This document shows, one piece after another, positions 58,549 through 63,610 of a stretch of DNA of 64,000 bases. Position 1 is the first letter of the stretch, and the number at the start of each line of letters is the position of its first letter. Origin of the DNA: a virus (Duplodnaviria; Caudoviricetes). The position numbers were made by a program, and so were the translations under genes. The stretch lies in IMG/VR virus record IMGVR_UViG_3300042294_003246, one strand, 5' to 3'. The notes below the pieces were generated by a model, which saw only the letters and a list, made by a program, of their open reading frames with translations, was not told where the DNA came from and searched no databases.

Positions 58549-59046
58549 ATGACAAACAAATTACCATACGAAAAAACAGGAAATGCGATTAAAGGATATA
58601 GTGATTCTGCCATCGCCAAAGGAGAAACAAATGATTGTGTTGTTAGAGCATTTGCATCTTCATTCGATGTGTCTTATGATTACGCTCACAAATACGTTGC
58701 AGATGAGTTTGGAAGAAAACCAAGAAAAGGAACTTACGGGACTATAACAACTCTTGTTAAAATGGCCGACAGTTTGATCAAGGTTAACGGTAAAAAAGTT
58801 TGTCCTCTTGGAGTAAGACACAACGATCATTTGTTAAGATCATTAATGTATGATGTTAAAGTAAAAGGTGAGACTAAAAAAAGAAACATGACCGTTGGAA
58901 CATTTGTTAAACAAAACCCAAAAGGAACTTTCTTTGTATTGGTTAGAAGACACGCTTTTACAATCAAAGACGGTGTTGTAATTGGAAACCCTGAAGATTC
59001 AATTAAAACAAAACGACCTATGAGGTGTGCATTTGAGATAAAATAA
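58549..59046 (+). CDS. Conserved phage protein, possible papain-like Cys/His fold
   Basis: NDCVVRAFA...RRHAFTIKDG. Confidence 0.5.
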   Translation: MTNKLPYEKTGNAIKGYSDSAIAKGETNDCVVRAFASSFDVSYDYAHKYVADEFGRKPRKGTYGTITTLVKMADSLIKVNGKKVCPLGVRHNDHLLRSLMYDVKVKGETKKRNMTVGTFVKQNPKGTFFVLVRRHAFTIKDGVVIGNPEDSIKTKRPMRCAFEIK

Positions 59047-59050
59047 TATT

Positions 59051-59431
59051 ATGAAAACAATTTTTATTACTCTTTTATTTTTTACCTTCATTGGTTATTC
59101 TCAACCTTTGATGAGACAATATTCAAATATGGATTATCAGTCAATTGCGGAATCCAACTTTAAAAAAATAACCTTTAAACCAAAAAATGATTATGTTTAT
59201 AAACTTGATTATGGACAATTCCAATTGTCGGTAAGCACCAAATTAAAAAGGGTTCCCTTCCAGGATAAATTCTCTGATCTAACCGTGGACGATATTTTAT
59301 TTGCAGGTTCTTACGACATAAGGGCAAGATTTTACATATCTCCAAATGTTAAGGTGTTTCAACGAGCCTTTATCACAGGATTAAGTAATGGTCAAGTTTT
59401 TCATACGACAGGAGTTATAATAAAATTTTAG
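59051..59431 (+). CDS. Secreted hypothetical protein
   Basis: Signal peptide MKTIFITLLFFTFIGYS; C-terminal F after a beta-strand pattern. Confidence 0.55.
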   Translation: MKTIFITLLFFTFIGYSQPLMRQYSNMDYQSIAESNFKKITFKPKNDYVYKLDYGQFQLSVSTKLKRVPFQDKFSDLTVDDILFAGSYDIRARFYISPNVKVFQRAFITGLSNGQVFHTTGVIIKF

Positions 59432-59438
59432 AAAAAAA

Positions 59439-59469
59439 CTTGTCAATTAAAAAAAGATTACTATATTTG
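59439..59469 (+). promoter_or_regulatory. Host-type promoter of tRNA operon 1
   Basis: CTTG-N19-TATATTTG. Confidence 0.7.
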
Positions 59470-59515
59470 TAAAGAAATTGAAACTTTTTAAAAAAACGAT
59501 ATAATTATAATAAAA

Positions 59516-59620
59516 ATGAAAAATACACTCAAACATATGGTCAATTGTCTACCGAGCAATCAGTGGTCGTTTAGCTATATTACGCGAAATCAGTCGAGGG
59601 TATTTTCACTTATGAGTTAA
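59516..59620 (+). CDS. Putative attenuator leader peptide 1 (34 aa)
   Basis: MKNTLKHMVNCLPSNQWSFSYITRNQSRVFSLMS, between promoter and terminator; rich in GC-ending codons unusual for this genome. Confidence 0.6.
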   Translation: MKNTLKHMVNCLPSNQWSFSYITRNQSRVFSLMS

Positions 59621-59651
59621 AAACGTTTAACTAACATAATAAAAGGAATGT

Positions 59652-59688
59652 AAAACCCGAGACTTAAAAATCTCGGGTTTTTTGTTTT
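59652..59688 (+). terminator. Attenuator-type intrinsic terminator before tRNA operon 1
   Basis: AAAACCCGAGA-CTTAAAAA-TCTCGGGTTTTTTGTTTT. Confidence 0.8.
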
Positions 59689-59693
59689 ATATT

Positions 59694-59766
59694 GGCTCTG
59701 TAAGCATTGATGGCGATGCGTCTGACTTGTAATCAGAAGAAATCAGTTCGAATCTGGTACGGAGCT
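59694..59766 (+). tRNA. tRNA-Thr(UGU)
   Basis: GCTCTGT/ACGGAGC acceptor, TCTGA-CTTGTAA-TCAGA. Confidence 0.8.
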
Positions 59767-59771
59767 CAAAA

Positions 59772-59786
59772 AGGTTCTTTGACATA
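59772..59786 (+). promoter_or_regulatory. boxA-like antitermination element
   Basis: AGGTTCTTTGACATA, identical at 62789-62803; GTTCTTTGA also at 57727 and 63490. Confidence 0.65.
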
Positions 59787-59800
59787 TTGGTTTCATAAAT

Positions 59801-59871
59801 TGTCTCGTAGCCTAAAGGCAGGGCACCGGATTTTGACTCCGGGTGTGTTGGTTCGAGTCCAGCCGAGACAA
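59801..59871 (+). tRNA. tRNA-Gln(UUG)
   Basis: TGTCTCG/CGAGACA acceptor, CCGGA-TTTTGAC-TCCGG. Confidence 0.88.
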
Positions 59872-59878
59872 CGATAAT

Positions 59879-59965
59879 GGAAGAGTAATCACAACGGCTT
59901 GTGACTCCGTCTTGAAAACGGCAGGTACTGAAAGGTATGGGGATCGACACCTCACTCTTCCTCCA
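59879..59965 (+). tRNA. tRNA-Ser(UGA), atypical (ATCGACA T-loop, U73, encoded CCA)
   Basis: GGAAGAG/CTCTTCC acceptor, loop CTTGAAA, long variable arm. Confidence 0.75.
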
Positions 59966-59968
59966 TAT

Positions 59969-60041
59969 AGGGTAGTTGACTAATTGGTAAGTCACCACGT
60001 TTGGGACGTGGACGATGCAAGTTCGAGTCTTGTCTACCCTA
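59969..60041 (+). tRNA. tRNA-Pro(UGG)
   Basis: AGGGTAG/CTACCCT acceptor, CCACG-TTTGGGA-CGTGG. Confidence 0.88.
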
Positions 60042-60101
60042 CTATAAATAAACAAATAAAAAAACAAGTATCATGGAAAGTGACAAGTATGACAAACAAA
60101 A

Positions 60102-60174
60102 CCCCTCGTAGCTTAATCGGGAAAGCACCATACTTTTAATATGGGGAGAGTCGGATCGTAACCGGCCGGGGGGA
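60102..60174 (+). tRNA. tRNA-Lys(UUU), ATCGTAA T-loop
   Basis: CCCCTCG/CGGGGGG acceptor, CCATA-CTTTTAA-TATGG. Confidence 0.8.
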
Positions 60175-60246
60175 CAAAAAAAATTTAGTAAAACTGAGCG
60201 TTCATTACCAAAAAGTGGTTACTTTTGTTCTGAAAAACTAAAACAA

Positions 60247-60320
60247 GCACCTTTAGCTCAGCAGGTAGTAGCGGTTGTTTTACATACAACAGGTCACAGG
60301 TTCGATCCCTGTAGGGTGCA
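60247..60320 (+). tRNA. tRNA-Val(UAC)
   Basis: GCACCTT/AGGGTGC acceptor, GTTGT-TTTACAT-ACAAC. Confidence 0.88.
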
Positions 60321-60383
60321 CGAGGAGACTGTTACTAATTCATAGACCTTATGTGGACGACGGTATCATAGAATTAGATTTTT

Positions 60384-60464
60384 GGGAGAGTTGAGCAATT
60401 GGTTGGCTCAGCAGACTGTAAATCTGTCGCGAAAGCCTTGGGGGTTCGAGTCCCTCCTCTCCCA
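60384..60464 (+). tRNA. tRNA-Tyr(GUA)
   Basis: GGGAGAG/CTCTCCC acceptor, loop CTGTAAA, long variable arm. Confidence 0.9.
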
Positions 60465-60468
60465 CACT

Positions 60469-60540
60469 GGACTGGTAGCTCAGAGGCAGAGCAAAACCCT
60501 GTTAAGGTTGAGGTCGAGATATCGTAATTCTCCCAGTCCG
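60469..60540 (+). tRNA. tRNA-Asn(GUU), ATCGTAA T-loop
   Basis: GGACTGG/CCAGTCC acceptor, loop CTGTTAA, G73. Confidence 0.82.
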
Positions 60541-60550
60541 CAAAAAACTA

Positions 60551-60627
60551 CGGCACATATACCCTCCGTCTGATACGCGGTTGAAAGGTTAATAGGTCCC
60601 ATGTAGGTTCGATTCCTACTGTGCCGA
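60551..60627 (+). tRNA. tRNA-Ile(GAU)-like, D-armless with extended variable region
   Basis: CGGCACA/TGTGCCG acceptor, perfect T arm, CCGT-CTGATAC-GCGG; only 8 nt where the D arm belongs. Confidence 0.6.
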
Positions 60628-60631
60628 CTAC

Positions 60632-60715
60632 GGAAGATAAACCTTGATGGAGATAGGGTCCGCCTGCTAAGCGAGATGTACCTTCGGGTATTTGGTTCGA
60701 TTCCAATGTCTTCCG
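60632..60715 (+). tRNA. tRNA-Ser(GCU)
   Basis: GGAAGAT/GTCTTCC acceptor, loop CTGCTAA, long variable arm, G73. Confidence 0.8.
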
Positions 60716-60740
60716 CAACTTATGACAAAAAATAATTCAT

Positions 60741-61094
60741 ATGAATGACAGATATAAAAAAATAGATGAAAAATCAAAAATAGTTACAGATGGATTGGGT
60801 TGTAAAATTGACGATGGTATAAGAGAGTTAATTGTTTTACTTAATTATAATAACATCGGAACAACACAATCTTGTTGGGGACACAAAAATTGGGGTGAAA
60901 AATTTCCTTGGTTTGACATTAAGAATGAATATCATAAGAATATAGAAAACATTATTTTTGATTTAGAAATTGAATTTGAGAAACTTGGTGATGATACAAT
61001 AAGATTTTACCCAAAGTGTAAAAAATTGATAAAGGGTAGAAAAGAGTTTAACAAGTTAAAAGACAAACTAAAACAAATTAGTAATTTTTTATAA
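60741..61094 (+). CDS. Hypothetical protein inside the tRNA operon
   Basis: 117-aa ORF; TTQSCWGH motif. Confidence 0.6.
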   Translation: MNDRYKKIDEKSKIVTDGLGCKIDDGIRELIVLLNYNNIGTTQSCWGHKNWGEKFPWFDIKNEYHKNIENIIFDLEIEFEKLGDDTIRFYPKCKKLIKGRKEFNKLKDKLKQISNFL

Positions 61095-61097
61095 TCT

Positions 61098-61167
61098 GCC
61101 GATAGGAAAGGTTTCCGGTCCGGGCTCATATCCTGGATGTCATTTGGTTCGATACCCTTTATCGGTA
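61098..61167 (+). tRNA. tRNA(CAU) (Met or Ile2), atypical/degenerate
   Basis: GCCGATA/TATCGGT acceptor, TCCGGG-CTCATAT-CCTGGA; T stem only partly paired. Confidence 0.55.
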
Positions 61168-61173
61168 CTACAT

Positions 61174-61247
61174 GGTGTATGTAGCTCAGTTGGCAGAGTG
61201 CTTGATTGTGGGTCAAGAGGTCATGGGTTCGACCCCCATCATACACA
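61174..61247 (+). tRNA. tRNA-His(GUG)
   Basis: G-1, GTGTATG/CATACAC acceptor, CTTGA-TTGTGGG-TCAAG; discriminator A. Confidence 0.88.
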
Positions 61248-61253
61248 CAAAAT

Positions 61254-61326
61254 ACCTTCGTAGTTCAATTGAAAAGAACCTGTGACTACGGATCACAAGA
61301 TGGGAGTTTGAGTCTCTCCGAAGGTA
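61254..61326 (+). tRNA. tRNA-Arg(ACG)
   Basis: ACCTTCG/CGAAGGT acceptor, TGTGA-CTACGGA-TCACA. Confidence 0.88.
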
Positions 61327-61334
61327 CAATATTT

Positions 61335-61409
61335 GCGTCGTAGCTTATGGAAGCGGCAGGCCTCCAAAACCTCGCATAGACATGGGTTCGATTCCCTGAC
61401 GACGCGCCA
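61335..61409 (+). tRNA. tRNA-Trp(CCA), atypical
   Basis: GCGTCG/CGACGC acceptor, loop CTCCAAA, 4-nt D loop, G73-CCA. Confidence 0.65.
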
Positions 61410-61414
61410 AATAA

Positions 61415-61487
61415 GGACCGGTAGCTCAGTTGGTAGAGCGCTAGACTGAAGATCTAGGCGTGGATGGTTCGATTCCGTCCCGGTCCA
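61415..61487 (+). tRNA. tRNA-Phe(GAA)
   Basis: GGACCGG/CCGGTCC acceptor, CTAGA-CTGAAGA-TCTAG. Confidence 0.92.
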
Positions 61488-61510
61488 CAAACAATTAAAA
61501 AGGAGATAAA

Positions 61511-61966
61511 ATGAACCGAGTATTTAGAAAGGTTGATGGAAATCCAGTTTCTGACATATCAAAACACACTTTGGATATTTTAAATGAATGTCCTTATGTT
61601 GAAATTCATGTTGGAACTGATTCTCAAAACCACAGAAGATCGACTGTATATGTAACCGCAATAGCATATCGGTATGGAAACCGCGGAGTTCACTATATAT
61701 ATCACAAACATAAGGTTAAAAAAATTCGTGATAAGTGGACAAGGTTATGGAATGAAGCCGATTATTCAATTGAGGTTGCAAACTTTTTAACAAGTAAGGT
61801 GAATGTTAAACTTGAGATTGATCTTGATTATAACGCTCAAGAACAACACTTTAGTTCAAAGTTGGTTGGTCCTGCGGTTGGGTGGGTTAATTCTTTGGGT
61901 TATAAGGCGAATATTAAACCTGATAACCAAATTGCAACAAAGGCGGCAGATTTTCATTGTCGTTAA
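61511..61966 (+). CDS. RNase H-like YkuK (DUF458) family protein
   Basis: HVGTDSQ, RLWNEADYSIEVA, EIDLDYN, KAAD; has an AAGGAG Shine-Dalgarno site, rare in this window. Confidence 0.8.
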   Translation: MNRVFRKVDGNPVSDISKHTLDILNECPYVEIHVGTDSQNHRRSTVYVTAIAYRYGNRGVHYIYHKHKVKKIRDKWTRLWNEADYSIEVANFLTSKVNVKLEIDLDYNAQEQHFSSKLVGPAVGWVNSLGYKANIKPDNQIATKAADFHCR

Positions 61967-61968
61967 TT

Positions 61969-62040
61969 GGTCGGGTGTCTGATAGGTAAAGTCCAGATCT
62001 GCAAAATCTCGGTATGTGGGTTCGAATCCCACCCTGACCT
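61969..62040 (+). tRNA. tRNA-Cys(GCA)
   Basis: GGTCGGG/CCTGACC acceptor, loop CTGCAAA, U73. Confidence 0.9.
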
Positions 62041-62048
62041 CAACAAAT

Positions 62049-62122
62049 GCCCCTATGGCGGAATTGGCATACGCATGTGATTTAGGATCACAATTTTGCA
62101 GGTTCGAGTCCTGCTGGGGGCA
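62049..62122 (+). tRNA. tRNA-Leu(UAG) with short variable loop
   Basis: GCCCCTA/TGGGGGC acceptor, TGTGA-TTTAGGA-TCACA, 5-nt variable region. Confidence 0.85.
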
Positions 62123-62194
62123 CAAAAAATAGTATATATACTAAATTTTAGATTTTTTCTAAAATAATAACTTTTTGATCTCATATTTATTAAT

Positions 62195-62584
62195 ATGAAA
62201 AAAATAATAAGAATTACAGAATCTGATTTGACTAACATAGTTAAACGAGTGATTAAAGAAAATGAAAATAATAGATTAGGTAAAGTTTATTTCAATAACG
62301 AGAATTATCCTGGATTTATGTATGTTAAAGAAATATTACCTAAATATCAAATGTATTGGGTTGGGACTATGACAAATGAAGTATTACCTACTGAATTAAT
62401 AAAAGATGATGATATGGATATCTATTGGTTAGAATCACCCGATGGTAAAACATTTGGTTACGAACTTTTTGAAGATGATTTAAAAGGTAAAAAATATTTA
62501 GTTTTAGATTTAGTTGACCCACAAGAAATTGAGAAATATCTAAGAAATGGCGGTGAATGGTTCCCAAGTCACTACGAGGCGTAA
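62195..62584 (+). CDS. MKKIIRITESDL leader family protein
   Basis: MKKIIRITESDLTNIVKRVIKEN; TATTTAT at 62184-62190. Confidence 0.75.
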   Translation: MKKIIRITESDLTNIVKRVIKENENNRLGKVYFNNENYPGFMYVKEILPKYQMYWVGTMTNEVLPTELIKDDDMDIYWLESPDGKTFGYELFEDDLKGKKYLVLDLVDPQEIEKYLRNGGEWFPSHYEA

Positions 62585-62606
62585 ATTAAAAAAATAATCC
62601 ATAAAA

Positions 62607-62639
62607 CTTGACACTTTCAAAAAGTATCATATATTTATA
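62607..62639 (+). promoter_or_regulatory. Composite promoter of tRNA operon 2
   Basis: CTTG-N19-TATATTTA, also containing TATTTATA (62632-62639). Confidence 0.6.
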
Positions 62640-62662
62640 ACTACAAAACTTAAAAAACGCAA

Positions 62663-62731
62663 ATGAAAAATTTACACATATCATTGTTAGGGGGCGATTT
62701 AGCTGAGGCAACTTTCAAGGAGAGGGTGTAA
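62663..62731 (+). CDS. Putative attenuator leader peptide 2 (22 aa)
   Basis: MKNLHISLLGGDLAEATFKERV; Leu codons TTA, TTG, TTA, TTA; directly upstream of terminator and tRNA-Leu(UAA). Confidence 0.6.
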   Translation: MKNLHISLLGGDLAEATFKERV

Positions 62732-62754
62732 TATTTTATACATATAATATTTAG

Positions 62755-62788
62755 AACCCCTCCCCAAAAAGAGGGGTTTTTTTGTTTT
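62755..62788 (+). terminator. Attenuator-type intrinsic terminator before tRNA operon 2
   Basis: AACCCCTC-CCCAAAAA-GAGGGGTT then TTTTTGTTTT. Confidence 0.8.
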
Positions 62789-62814
62789 AGGTTCTTTGAC
62801 ATAATGGTAATAAT

Positions 62815-62899
62815 GGTTCGGTGGTGGAATTGGCGATACACGACAGGTTTAAGCCCTGTTTCCCATTGAGGATTGTGGGTTCGAGTCCCACCCGGACTA
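62815..62899 (+). tRNA. tRNA-Leu(UAA)
   Basis: GGTTCGG/CCGGACT acceptor, ACAGG-TTTAAGC-CCTGT, long variable arm. Confidence 0.88.
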
Positions 62900-62903
62900 C
62901 AAT

Positions 62904-63000
62904 GAAAACACAAAACTTTGGTTCCCACACAGCGGTGAGACGGGCTAAGTTAGATACAATTTCTCGGGGCTGGGAGTAGGAAGCCAAAGAGTGTGTTTTT
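62904..63000 (+). ncRNA. Unidentified structured RNA candidate
   Basis: Closing helices AAAACACA/TGTGTTTT and CTTTGG-TTCC/GGAA-CCAAAG; inner CAGC/GCTG and GAGA/TCTC. Confidence 0.35.
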
Positions 63001-63004
63001 TTTA

Positions 63005-63055
63005 AAAATATTTTACAAAGTGTTTGGCAGATCAAAATAATCTACATATATTTGT
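63005..63055 (+). repeat. 51-bp promoter repeat, copy 1
   Basis: Near-identical to 63380-63430; contains TTTG (63023-26)-N20-TATATTTG (63047-54). Confidence 0.8.
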
Positions 63056-63071
63056 AGAAACAATAAAACAT

Positions 63072-63410
63072 ATGGGAACTTACATTTACACTTACAAGAA
63101 AAAATTAGATAAGAAGGCAACTCTTGATGGACAAGAAGTTATTGTTGGTGAAGCTACTTTTTTATGTAAACAAGATTGGTCAGGAAATTACACACCACAA
63201 GAAAAACGTGAAATGACAAGAGCTACATGTTTACTTGAAAACGATCAACCGGATTATATTACATTCGGTGAAGAAGTTTATAAAAATAATAAGCGTGGTA
63301 TTTGGACTGATGGTAGCGGTTTTTGGACCGGAATCGATTACAAAAAAGACTATGTTGGAAAGTTAGAAAAAATTGGTAGAAAATATTTTATAAAGTGTTT
63401 GGCAAATTAA
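63072..63410 (+). CDS. Hypothetical protein
   Basis: Start ATG 63072 behind the host promoter; C-terminus runs through repeat copy 2. Confidence 0.65.
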   Translation: MGTYIYTYKKKLDKKATLDGQEVIVGEATFLCKQDWSGNYTPQEKREMTRATCLLENDQPDYITFGEEVYKNNKRGIWTDGSGFWTGIDYKKDYVGKLEKIGRKYFIKCLAN

Positions 63411-63430
63411 AATAAACTTCTTATATTTGT
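63380..63430 (+). repeat. 51-bp promoter repeat, copy 2
   Basis: TTTG (63398-401)-N20-TATATTTG (63422-29). Confidence 0.8.
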
Positions 63431-63610
63431 CAAACAAACGGGGGTGAGAAAATGTGATGGTGGACTCACCCCCACACAAAAGGAAGAAAGTTCTTTGATT
63501 TAAGATATTGTGGTTGTAAGCAAGGGGAAACTCGTAAAGTTCATTAACCAGTTGGCTCAAGATGGTGAAACGAGAGTGTGAGTCAACTACTAAATCACAA
63601 ATAAAATATT

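Noticed and set aside
60325-60378. Hairpin CTAATTC..GAATTAG between tRNA-Val and tRNA-Tyr as an ncRNA
   Set aside because: Only one short helix is convincing; more likely spacer structure.
375-62190. T4-type late promoter TATAAATA
   Set aside because: The motif upstream of genes is consistently the reverse complement (TATTTATA on the sense strand), so it is not the T4 element in its known orientation.
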